Assembly (NCBI GenBank): GCA_964016885.1
Contig: OZ024742.1
Location: forward strand, 10,788,001-10,852,000
DNA length: 64,000 nt
Reading direction: 5' to 3'
Source of the DNA: Eledone cirrhosa
Lineage: Eukaryota
The notes under the pieces are model-generated. The model did no database searches. It worked only from the letters and a program-made list of their open reading frames with translations, and was not told the DNA's origin. The translations under genes were made by a program, and so were the position numbers. Shown here piece after piece: positions 1 through 11,974 of this stretch (its first letter is position 1; each line of letters begins with the position of its first letter).

Positions 1-18
1 GAAATTGTGTTGAAACAA

Positions 19-130
19 ATATTGTTATACTTGGGGAGGATCATATTGTTGTAATAATATTGCCAATATTGTTACAACAATATTGGCAATAATATTACAA
101 CAATATGACCCTCCCCAAGTATAACAATAT
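19..130. repeat. Short fold-back hairpin derived from a Penelope-like element terminus
   Basis: atattgttatacttggggaggatcatattgttgtaat ... attacaacaatatgaccctccccaagtataacaatat are reverse complements; arm resembles 12020-12066 of the PLE at 11975-13366. Confidence 0.7.
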
Positions 131-196
131 ATATATAATCACATACAGACACATATATATATTATCACATACATACACGTATATATATATATATAT

Positions 197-1487
197 CATC
201 ATCATCATCATCATCAACGTTTAACGTCCGTGTTCCACGCTTGCATGGGTTTGGACGGGGGTAGTCCCACTTGAGGCAAGAGTGATTGTCTTGCTCGCAT
301 AGGACTGTCTGGCAGGTTTTCTACAGTGGGATGCCCTTCCTATCACCAACCACATTTACAGTGTGGGTCTGGGAGGTTTTTACCGTGTTGCCTACACGGC
401 CACATTACAGCGTGGACTGTGTGTTTTTTTGTCGTGACACCTACACGATCTCATTTGTTTCGGCCTGGATGGCGCGGCACCAACATAACTTTACATAGAA
501 CGGGGTGGTGTGGATGGGGTGGGGGTGGGGGTGGTGGGACGGGGTGTATTTTGTTAGAGATGCCTACTGGCTGGAGTAGGTTTTACTATATATTTAGGTA
601 AGGCGGGTCTTCTCTGTTACTGAGTACCGCCAAAGGTCTCGGTCCAGTGACATTGTCTTGGAGAGGTGTAAGTGTGTGATGTCGGAGTTTATCAGCTCGT
701 CCCAGGTTTTTCTAGGTCTGCCTATTCCGTGACTACCGTCTATCTTTATTGCCCTGCACTTTGTTATACAGCTATCGACTTTCATGCGCATCACGTGTCC
801 ATACCAACGTAGCCTTCTCTCGAGTAAACAACATCTGATCCCTCTTATCTCTAATTTTTTTCTTAGTTCGTCTATGCTTTGCCGTTCACGTATATTACTG
901 TTACACATCCAGCGGAGCATGCAAGCTTCGTTCCTCTCTAGTCTGCGTATATCCTCTGCACACAATGCCCAGGTCTCACTGCCATGCAGCATTGCTGTTC
1001 GTATGCAGGCGTCATACAACCTGCCTTTCATTTTTAGGGAGAACCCTTTAGCAGCTAATAGTGGTATAAGCTCTCTGAACTTTTTCCAACCAGTTCTGAC
1101 TCTAGCTACAGTACTTTCAGAGCACCCTCCCCCACTGCTGATTTTATCGCCCAGGTAACGGAAGCTGTCCACTATTTCTATAGAACCCTCTGCGTAATTG
1201 AAAGAGCTAGTATTTTGTGGGCACTTGCTGCTACTTATTGCACCAGAACACCGGCCACATGTAAAATCTATGTTCTTAGTTAGCTTACCTGTGATCCCAC
1301 TACATCTTTTATGCACCCATACTTTGCATTTAGGACATAAAATGGAGTTTCTACCTACGCCTTTCCTACACACCGAGCACGACCATTTCCCAGAAGGGAC
1401 CGCCGCCTTGTTTTCTTTCCTACAAACTAGAACTTTAGTCTTAGCCAGGTTAATTTTAAGTCCTTTTGACTCTAGGCCGTGCTTCCA
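197..1487 (-). mobile_element. 5'-truncated RTE-clade LINE (RT C-terminal half with PHD finger, 3' UTR, (TGA)n tail)
   Basis: ORF 594-1486 reads GLKINLAKTK..CSVC..CPKC..WVHKRC..CGRC..DSFRYLG..MLHGSETW..RRLRWYGHVMRM..GRPRKTW; (cat)n tail at 197-215. Confidence 0.92.
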
Positions 1488-1764
1488 TATATATATATAT
1501 GTACACACACACAAATACATTATCACATATATATATATATATACACACATATATATACACACATACATTATCACATATATATATATGCATATACTATCTC
1601 TCTCTGTATATATAATGACATGCATACACATAAATATATGTGTGTATATTACCATTCTCTATCCATTCTTTAATTCTTTGTTAACCGGAATATTCCAAGA
1701 CAAGGAACAATTTTATATTTTCATTGTCTTTATTATCTCGTCCAATTTTCTAACACCTCGCAGT

Positions 1765-2160
1765 CTGTGTGTGTTTGTATGTGTTTGTATGTATGTGAGT
1801 GTGTGTGTTTGTCTTTGTATGTATGGCTATGTATGTGTTTCTATGTACATGTGAATGTTTGCATGTGTATGTGTTCGTATGTGTGTTTATGTGAGAATGT
1901 GTGTTTCTATGTGTACATGAAAGTGTTTGTGTGTGCATGTGAATGTTTGTTTGTATATGTGAGTGTGTGTGTATGTGAGTGGTTGTGTCTATATGTGAGT
2001 GGCTGTGTGTATATGGGAGTGGTTGTGTGTATATGTGAGTGGTTGTCTGTATATGTGAGTGTGTGTATATGAATGTATGTGAATGTCTATATGTAAGTTT
2101 GTGTGTATGTATACAGGTATGTGAGTGTGTGTGAGTGTATATTTATGTTCATATGTATAT
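1765..2160. repeat. Degenerate (TG)n/(TGTA)n low-complexity tract
   Basis: Visible TG-rich simple repeat. Confidence 0.85.
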
Positions 2161-2168
2161 ATATATAT

Positions 2169-2993
2169 CATCATCATCATCATCATCATTTAACGTCCAT
2201 CTTCCACGCTTGCATGGGTTTGGATGGGAGTTTTCCCACTTGAGGCAAGATTGGTTGTCCTGCTCGTATAGGACTGTCTGGCAGGTTTTCTACGCTGGAT
2301 GCCCTTCCTAACACCAACCACGTTTACAATGTGGACTGGGAGGTTTTTACCGTGTTACCTACACGGCCACATTACAGCATGGACTGTGTGTTTTTTTGTC
2401 GTGACACCTACACGTCTGGTGGGTTTTCTACGGCTGGGTGCCCCTCCCAACACCAACCACGTTTACAGTGTGTACTGGGAGGTTTTTACCGTGTTACCTA
2501 CACGGCCATATTACAGCGTGGACTGTGTGTTTTTTTGTCATGACACCTACACGATCTCATTTGTTTCGGACTGGATGTTGTGGTACCAACATACCTTCAC
2601 ATTTAAGGGGGTGGTGTGGATGGCGTGGGGGTAGTGGGACGGGGGTATATTTTGTTAGAGGTGCCTACTGACTGTAGGTTTCGCTTTGTACTTAGGTAAG
2701 GCGGGTCTTCTGTGTTACTGTGTAGCGCCAAAGATCTCGGTCCAGTGACGTTGTCTTGGAGAGGTGTAAGTGTGTGATGTCGTAATTTATCAAGTCGTCC
2801 CAGGTTTTTCTGGGTCTGCCTACTCCGTGGCTACCGTCTATTTTTATCGCCCTGCACTTTTTTATACAGCTGTTGTCTTTCATGCGCATCACGTGACCGT
2901 ACCAACGTAGTCTTCTCTCGAGTAAACAACATCTGATCCCTCTTATTCCTAATTTCTCCTTTAGTTCGTGTATGCTTTGCCGTTCACGTATAT

Positions 2994-2998
<5 letters not shown>
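2169..2998 (-). mobile_element. RTE LINE 3' fragment, same family as 197-1487, with an internal 3' UTR duplication
   Basis: SNIRERQS..RRLRWYGHVMRMKD..GRPRKTW; 3' UTR matches 216-593; segment ~2279-2413 recurs at ~2420-2552. Confidence 0.9.
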
Positions 2999-3040
<42 letters not shown>

Positions 3041-3439
3041 TATATGTTTGTTTCTATATGTATCTCTCTCAACTTGTTTTTAAGTAGTTCTGTTACATAA
3101 GTAACCAATGTCTTAAGTTTGGTGAAAATACTGTAGAAATGCATAAGGTTTATACATACGTGCGTCCGTGCGTGTGTGTGTGTTTGTGGGTGTGTATATA
3201 TTTGTGTATTCTCTTTTACCTGTTTCAGCCATCCGGCTGAGGCCATGCTGGGGCACCGCCCTTATGCGTATGTATGTGTATATCCATCGGGGCATACGTA
3301 TGTACTGGCCTAAATTGTCACTATTTACTTTTACTATTTTAATAACCTGTCATTTTCGTTTTCAATTTTATTTACATAAACTCTGGGGCTGGAAATCATT
3401 CTGTTATATTAAATAGAATATTAGTCTAATGACTCCATT

Positions 3440-3577
3440 TACACCATAAACTTGGTCTTGTCTTTGCATGAAATTGCTCTTCTCGCTCTACAAAACGACG
3501 TAGCACTGAAGTATTGACATAAATGGTATACACAACTGCTATTTAATACCTGAGCAACGCCGGGTACCTCTGCTAGT
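3440..3577 (+). mobile_element. Helitron/Helentron-like terminus (hairpin followed by CTAG-T)
   Basis: acctgagcaacgccgggt-acctctg-ctagt at 3548-3577; reverse complement closely matches tactagctgaggtacccgg at 63607; 5' boundary is a guess. Confidence 0.5.
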
Positions 3578-3850
3578 ATATATATATGTTTATGTTTCTA
3601 TATGTATCTCTCTCAACTTGTTTTTAAGTAGTTCTGTTATTCTCCCTATCCTCTATCTCCAGCTCTCTTTAATCAATTTATATTCACTATTCCACCAAAT
3701 CTATGTTTCCTGTTAGAGACGCCATTATAGTAAACCATAACTTCATAACATAATATCTTTGACAATCACATCAAAATAAAAACCTCACTATGTATCTCAC
3801 TTCATTCAGATGTTTCACATCTAATATACAATATTCAATCACTATTTTAC

Positions 3851-3892
<42 letters not shown>

Positions 3893-4065
3893 ATATATGT
3901 ACATATGTATGGTATATATATATTAGTTTTGTGTTCTCTTTTATGCAATCTATATTAAAAGCAGCAGGGTGGTAGTAATAATTTGTGCTTATGTCATAAA
4001 TAAATAAAAATATATACAAACACATACACACACATACATACACAAACACAGAGAGAGAGAGAGAA

Positions 4066-4230
4066 AGAGGGCTTTTACAGGACTAGAACTGTTTCATTCA
4101 AAGGAAATCATCAGGAATGAAACAGTTCTAGTCCTGTAGAAGCCCTCTCTATATTAAATATCTATACTCTGTTTTGTATTGAGTACCTTACTTAATGTGG
4201 TTACCCCCGATTGAACCCGTGGTACATTAT
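4066..4230. repeat. Fold-back remnant of a hammerhead-bearing repeat family
   Basis: agagggcttttacaggactagaactgtttcattc / gaatgaaacagttctagtcctgtagaagccctct inverted arms; related copies at 45405-45570 and 63500-63600. Confidence 0.7.
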
Positions 4231-4245
4231 ATATATATATATATG

Positions 4246-4800
4246 ATGGAAGTTACAGAGTAGGTAGACCCAGAAAAACCTGGGATGACATGATAAATTC
4301 TGATCTTGCACACTTGCACCTCTCTAAGACAATGTCACTGGATCGAGATCTTTGGCGCAATGCAGTAATACAGAAGACCTACCTTGCCTATGTAGAAAGC
4401 GAAACCTACAGTCAGTAGGCACCTCTTAACCAAATATATACCCCAACCCACTACCCCTACTCCATCCTTCCACTCCCACCAACACCACCCTTTCTCTATG
4501 AAGTTATGTTGGTACCACAACATCCAGTCCAAACTAATGAGGTCGTGTAGGTGTCACGACAAAAAAAAAACGCACAGTCCACACTGTAATGTGGCCGTAG
4601 GTAACAGTAAAAACCTCCCAGTCCACACTGTAAATGTGGTTGGTGTGGAAGGGCATCCAACCCTTGAAAACCTGCCAGATAGTCCTATATGAGTGAGACA
4701 CGGTCACCCAACAATCTTGACTCAAGTGGAACAACTCCTGTCTAAACCCGTGCTAGCATGGAAGATAGATGTTAAACGATGATGATCATCATCATCATTA
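4246..4800 (+). mobile_element. RTE LINE extreme 3' fragment
   Basis: DGSYRVGRPRKTWDDMINSDL coding remnant, family 3' UTR, gatgatgat tail. Confidence 0.85.
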
Positions 4801-4814
4801 TCATATATATATAT

Positions 4815-4930
4815 GAGTTCAAATCCTGCCGAGGTTGACTTTGCCATTCATCCTTACGGGGTCGATAAAATAAAGTACCAATAATGCACTGGGTAATTGC
4901 TGGCCTTGTGCCTAAAGTAGAAACAATTAT
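4815..4930 (+). mobile_element. SINE 3' fragment
   Basis: gagttcaaatcc B-box-like motif then gactttgccattcatcc..ggtcgataaaataaagtacc; many copies in the window. Confidence 0.75.
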
Positions 4931-4954
4931 CATATATATATATATATATATGCA

Positions 4955-5388
4955 GAGGTTATATTTAATTTGTTGTGATTCAACAAGCTTAAACATTTTT
5001 ATAACTGATATAAAGCACTCAACAGTTTAGTGGAGTAAATATACAATATAGTAACAAATGGAAACTATATTTATAAAACCATATTTATTTTATTATACAT
5101 ATTTCAAGGGCCACCAAGGCAAATTATGGTGCACTTTCATCAGATAAAATACAATACATTAGTTTTATAAATAAATATTGACATACCCTGAAAAAAGACA
5201 ACCTTAGCGGTTGACTATCGAGGAAGCTCCAACCGCTAAGGTTGTCTTTTTTCAGGGTATATCAATATTTATTTATAAAACTAATGTATTGTATTTTATC
5301 TGATGAAAGTGCACCATAATTTGCCTTGGTGGCCCTTGAAATATGTATAATAAAATAAATATGATTTTATAAATATAGTTTCCATTTA
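4955..5388. mobile_element. Fold-back Penelope-type terminal remnant with ~158-bp inverted arms
   Basis: ~5056-5213 is the reverse complement of ~5230-5388; homologous single copy at 28360-28630; contains a hammerhead motif. Confidence 0.8.
5292..5357 (+). ncRNA. Type I hammerhead ribozyme motif (mirror copy on - strand in the left arm)
   Basis: Stem I tattttat/ataaaata; CTGATGA; stem II aag.gcacca/tggtgg.ctt; GAAA; near-palindromic stem III atatgtat; AUA site. Confidence 0.75.
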
Positions 5389-6247
5389 TATATTAGTCCT
5401 TGTAAGTTGTTAACTAACTCTTATTTAGTTTCGCCCCAGTATATCTGGGCAACATTGAAGAAGGTAGATGTACTTCCCCATAATAATAGTGACACCCAAG
5501 TAATGGAGAATCTGTGATCTTCTGGATTTAACCATTGTTCTTCCATGTTGGCTTAGGTTGGGTGGGTCATCACAGACCAAGTTAGTACTTAACTGGATAT
5601 CTTGCTGACAGTAGAGAGATGATGAAGGAGCACTAAGGGAGAGGGGGGGGGTGACTGTGGCAGGAAGGATATGTCCAATCTACAGAGGGTGACTGTGGTG
5701 AAAAGGACATGTCCAACCCACACATACATGAAAAAGCAGAACTTAAATGACAATGATATGTTTAATGCAGTGTCCCAGCATACCTGCACTTTAATGACTG
5801 AAACTAATTTAAGAATAGAAAAAAGTATTAAAAATATATACACACACAAACATATACACACACACACATATTATATACACACACACACACACACACACAT
5901 TATATACACACACACACACACAGAAAGTAGCATTCATTGAGATGCAACTCACATTCATACATAATTTTAGTGTCTTCCCCAATGCCATGACCACCACCAC
6001 CATCATAATGATGAGGATTATCATCATCATTATGATGTGAAGCATCATCATCATAATAATGGTGAGGATTATTACCATCATCACTATCATCATCATTATG
6101 AATTCTCATCATCTTGTCACTTCATTAAGATTCATCCCATGTAAAGAGCAGCTAATTACTGACAAATCTCCGTCTGTGCCGTCTCTCTCTCGTCACTTGA
6201 AGACATTTGTGTTCTTTTAGTTTTGAGAAGAAAACATGTAAACAACA

Positions 6248-7280
6248 GATGTGGGGGTGGGGGGTGAACATGTTACTACAGATGTGGTGGGGGGGGTGAA
6301 CATGTTACTACAGATGTGGTGAGGGGGGGGGGGTTAACATGTTACTACAGATGTGGTGGGGGGGTGAACATGTTACTACAGATGTGGTGAGGGAGGGGGG
6401 GTTAACATGTTACTACAGATGTGGTGGGGGGGTGAACATGTTACTACAGATGTGGTGAGGGAGGGGGGGGTTAACATGTTACTACAGATGTGGTGGGGGG
6501 GGTGAACATGTTACTACAGATGTGGTGAGGGAGGGGGGGGTTAACATGTTACTACAGATGTGGTGGTGGCGGGGGGGTGATGAACATGTTACTACAGATG
6601 TGGTGAGGGGGGGGTTAACATGTTACTACAGATGTGGTGAGGGGAGGGGGTTAACATGTTACTACAGATGTGGTGATGGGGGGGTGATGAACATGTTACT
6701 ACAGATGTGGTGGGGGGGGGGTGAACATGTTACTACAGATGTGGTGATGGGGGGGTGATGAACATGTTACTACAGATGTGGTGGTGGTGGTGAACATGTT
6801 ACTACAGATGTGGTGGGTGGGGGGGATGAACATGTTACTACAGATGTGGTGGTGGTGCGGGGTGATGAACATGTTACTACAGATGTGGTGGTGGGGGGTG
6901 GGGGGGGGGCATATTACTGCAGATGTGGTGGTGGGGGGGTGATGAATATGTTACTACAGATGTGGTGGTGGTGGGTGGGTGATGAACATGTTACTACAGA
7001 TGTGGTGGTGGTGCGGGGTGATGAACATGTTACTACAGATGTGGTGGGGGGGGGGGGTGATGAACATGTTACTACAGATGTGGTGGTGTTGTGGGGTGAT
7101 GAACATGTTACTACAGATGTGGTGGTGGTGGTGGTGGTGTGTGTGTGTGGGGGGGGGGGTGAACAGGTTACTACAGATGGGGGGGCGTTAAGAACATGTT
7201 ACTACAGATGTGGTGAGGTGATGAACATGTTACTACAGATGTGGTGGTGTGATGAACATGTTACTACAGATGTGGTGGTT
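6248..7280. repeat. G-rich minisatellite: constant aacatgttactacagatgtgg core with variable G/GGT linkers
   Basis: Roughly 30 direct copies visible. Confidence 0.95.
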
Positions 7281-7564
7281 GTATTAAACAGGAGTGATGG
7301 ACTGTGGAAATATAGAAACCTGTTACTACCATTGTACTTCTTATGAAGTTGTCATTCATGTTGTTTAGTACTAGGTCAACTCTCATTAATAAATTTATTG
7401 ATTTATTTGTTATCCATTAATCATTCATTTCTCAATCTGTTTTTTAATGAAGGACCAGCATCCCAAACCTTAAGACCCTTTTTCTACTATATCAAGCATT
7501 AAACTAATATTTATCTTCATTGTACTGTGTGGTTTTCCATTATCTTTTGACATGTGTGTGTGTA

Positions 7565-7722
7565 TCATTCATCATCATTATCATTTTACGTCTGCTTTTC
7601 CCTGCTTGCAAGGGTGAGACGGGAACTGATTCTGGCTTGATTTCTACAGCTGGATGCCCTTCCTAACACCAACCTCATTTACAGTGAGTGCTGGGTGCTT
7701 TTTTGCGTGGCATCCCACGACC
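7565..7722 (-). mobile_element. RTE 3' UTR fragment
   Basis: Reverse complement of the family 3' end seen at 62590-62720. Confidence 0.75.
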
Positions 7723-7734
7723 CCAGTCCTATCA

Positions 7735-7876
7735 TCTCGTTTCTACAGCTGAGTGAACTGGAGCAATGTGAAATAAAGTGCCTTGCTCAAGGAAACAACA
7801 CATTACCCGGTCTGAGAATTGAACTCACAACCTTTCGATTGCATGGCCAATGCTCTAACCACTAAGCCATGTGCCT
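7735..7876 (-). mobile_element. tRNA-derived SINE
   Basis: Minus strand tggcttagtggttagagc (A box) ... gagttcaattctc (B box); near-identical copy at 55327-55470. Confidence 0.8.
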
Positions 7877-7893
7877 CTCTCTCTCTCTCTCTC

Positions 7894-7935
<42 letters not shown>

Positions 7936-7956
7936 TTTATTTTTTTTATTTATATA

Positions 7957-9334
7957 ATAGGAACCAGTAAGACCCCGACAGCTGAGCTCAAGCCGTTTCG
8001 ATGGCTAATTCTGGACTAAATGAAAATTTATCCTGGTATTTAAATAGCCGATCCTCTCAAGGGGTAATTCCATATATGGTCAAAGTGATTGTCAAAAATC
8101 AGTAGTAATTCTGTGATTGCAAATTAGTAGGGGGGGGTGGCTAAACCTGCCAGTAGGAGAAAGAGGGGAGGGGGTGGAGTAGACCCAATCAAGCGTTGGT
8201 AGGTAGTGCCAGCTACAGCTGGGCATGAGGTCAAAGAAGATACTGGGGAGGGGAGGGGGAGGAAGTCGGAACGGTAGGTAGAACAATGGGGGGTAAAAAT
8301 ATATATGAAAGAACAAATACTGAGAGTGAAGAAAAGCGAATAAGTGTAAAGAAAAAAAAAAGTAAAGCAAGTTCTACGACCTAGGTCTCTAGCTATTGTT
8401 AGGCTAGAATAAATAAATAAAGAAAGAAAGAAAGAAGTAAATAAAGAAATAACGAAATAAGTAAAAGAACTAGGTGGGACGGTATAGGCAAGGACCCTTT
8501 TAAGAGGTATAAGTACGTAAATGATACGGTGACGGGTCAACAAAAGGGGCCAAAAATACTAAAGAGACTACCACGAAATAAACAATAAAGGTTTCTATCC
8601 CGGGCACAATGCCAGCAACCACCCAGTGCAGCAAAGTGAACTAGTACGAGATAATAATTCTGAGTCCCGAAAAAAATATATACTAATGCTAACTCTAAAA
8701 GATCTAAAACAAGCTACATGAAAGTTCGTACGAAGTAAAGGTAGAATACGGAAAAATAAATTCAGAATCCACCCCGCCCAAATGGATTATTTATTTATTC
8801 TAGCCTAACAATAGCTAGAGACCTAGGTCGTAGAACTTGCTTTACTTTTTTTTTTCTTTACACTTATTCGCTTTTCTTCACTCTCAGTATTTGTTCTTTC
8901 ATATATATTTTTACCCCCCATTGTTCTACCTATCGTTCCGACTTCTTCCCCCTCCCCCCTCCCCCTCCCCAGTATCTTCTTTGACCTCATGCCCAGCTGT
9001 AGCTGGCACTACCAACGCTTGATTGGGTCTACTCCACCCCCTCCCCTCTTTCTCCTACTGGCAGGTTTAGCCACCATCTCCCCTACTAATTTGCAATCAC
9101 AGAATTACTACTGATTTTTGACAATCACTTTGACCATATATGGAATTACCCCTTGAGAAGATCGGCTATTTAAATACCAGGATAAATTTTCATTTAGTCC
9201 AGAATTAGCCGTCGAAACGGCTTGAGTTCAGCTGTCGGGGTCTTACTGGTTCCTATTACCCACTCTACTACCCCAAGTATTGAGTACTTTGGTGCGTTAT
9301 GGTCCACCTGGTTCCTTACCACATTTCCTTCGTT
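7957..9334. mobile_element. Non-coding fold-back copy of the Penelope-like 3' region (family of 29150-32620)
   Basis: 7957-8780 matches 29230-30053; 8786-9334 is its inverted partial copy extended to the element end. Confidence 0.9.
9148..9241 (+). ncRNA. Type I hammerhead variant with U3:A8 core (UUGAGAA)
   Basis: Stem I acccc/ggggt; TTGAGAA; stem II ga.cggcta/tagccg.tc; GAAA; stem III acggct/agctgt; GUC site. Confidence 0.72.
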
Positions 9335-10576
9335 ATATATATATATATATATATATATATTTTAATTACCCTTTCTGACTTACTTTCATTTTTATCCTTG
9401 TCAATAATTTCAATTATTTTTATTCTTATTTTTTTTTTTTATTTTTATTTTTACTTCACATCCACCAATAACCCCCCCCCCCTTATTCTCCGATACACTT
9501 TCCATTTTTTACTTCCCCTTTTTTTACTTCCCTTTTTCCTTCACTAACTGATTACACATGTCATTTGTGTTTTCCAATCCAGATATATTTTTCATTTTTA
9601 TTTTATTTTTTTTATTTTTGCGCAGCAATCTTACAATTTTATATTTGTACTTACTTATCCACAAGTTTTTTACACCCTGTATCAATATGGCTGAACGCCT
9701 TAATGTGTGTATACTTTCTATATATGTACATGAGCGACTACTTATGTGCGCGCGCGTGCGTGTATGTATATATATATATATATATAATATATATATATAT
9801 ATGTGTTGTATATATATGTGTGTGTGTGTGTATGTAATTATTATGCGTATGTGTATGTGTCTTTATATCCGTGTTTTGACATCTAGGTTTTATGGTTTGT
9901 TCCTTTTTTCTTCCCCCCCCCCCACACTTTTACTTACTCATTTTTATGCGTGTGCATGCAAACAGGTCAATATGCGTGAGTGTAAGTATGTGTGTGTGTG
10001 TGTGTGTGTATGTACGCATCGAACGTATGGATGTGCAAGTGTGCGTGTGTATATAAGCATGTATATTTTTGCGTTTCATTTGTGAGATATGCGTGTCTGT
10101 GTATGTATGTACCCCTTTTTTGTCTTTTTTTCTTTCTAAAAATTTTTTCTTTCTAATTTATTGTTACATTTTTATAAATATATCGAGATTGATACTTTCC
10201 TTTAATTATTACACTCCCTTACCCCTTTTACTTCCGCATCTAAGTGTACGTGTGTGTAGGTGTGTTTATGCGCGCGCCTTCATATTCAATTTTTTATGAT
10301 GTATCTATTCTGTCTGTAGATTACAGACATACAGATACATTTGCCCTAAATTTTATATTTACGCACACTTTTTCACTATACGTATACATATGTGCATACA
10401 CATATATGCACATCTGTGAGCGTATATACATACATATACACACACCTAACTATATTTCTTGATAGATTTTTATATATTTCAATTTCTAATTCATTTGTCT
10501 ATACCCTTTTTTTTTTTTTTTTTTTTTTTTTTGATTTTCTTGATGAGACTTTCCAAGTATTTACCCATGTTTTATA

Positions 10577-10653
10577 TTGCCTCGTCTGACGAACGAATGA
10601 AGACGTTTCTTTCGTATTCGCCTCATTCGAGGAAACCTCTGGTAATGAGGTAA
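10577..10653 (+). ncRNA. Type I hammerhead ribozyme motif with long stem II
   Basis: Stem I ttgcctcgt/atgaggtaa (two G-U); CTGACGA; stem II cgaatga/tcattcg; GAAA; stem III acc-tct-ggt; GUA site. Confidence 0.7.
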
Positions 10654-10696
10654 TTATATTGTATTGATTTTTATACATTATATATATATATATATA

Positions 10697-10900
10697 TCAT
10701 ATCTGCTTGCAAGGTTGGGACAGGTCCTCTTCAGCACAGCATCTCTCCATTCGTCATGGTCCCTCGACATCTCATCTGTGAGCTTCAGCGATCTGAGGTC
10801 AGCTCCCACCACCCATGTTTTTTGTGGTCTTCCTTGGCACTTCTGCACCCAGTCGTCATCTTGCATACACACCATACCAACATAGTCTTCTCTCCTCCTT
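10697..10900 (-). mobile_element. Degenerate RTE 3' fragment
   Basis: DDWVQKCQGRPQKTW..DLRSLKLT matches the C-terminus of the 39670-42141 element. Confidence 0.8.
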
Positions 10901-11112
10901 ACATATGATATATATATGTATGAGGAAGATGGTGAGATTGATGAGGGATTTCAAGACTAGAAACAGGTAGCAACAAAAATACTACCTGCTAATCAATATA
11001 TCGATCTACAGTGATCAATCAACCCTCTGAAACGATCATAAAACAATGAACTAATTAGCTACCTATTTCCGACTTTTGTATTATTTACATTGTTCAACAC
11101 ACAAATACACAC

Positions 11113-11974
<862 letters not shown>

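Noticed and set aside
6248-7280. CRISPR-like repeat-spacer appearance
   Set aside because: Spacers are short G/GGT runs, not unique sequence; eukaryotic context, no cas genes
7735-7876. tRNA gene (also 55327-55400)
   Set aside because: A and B boxes present but continues into a SINE body and lacks a convincing acceptor stem
10937-11045. Possible hammerhead (ttgatga ggg...ccctct gaaa cgatca ta)
   Set aside because: No stem I pairing and altered core; at most a decayed remnant
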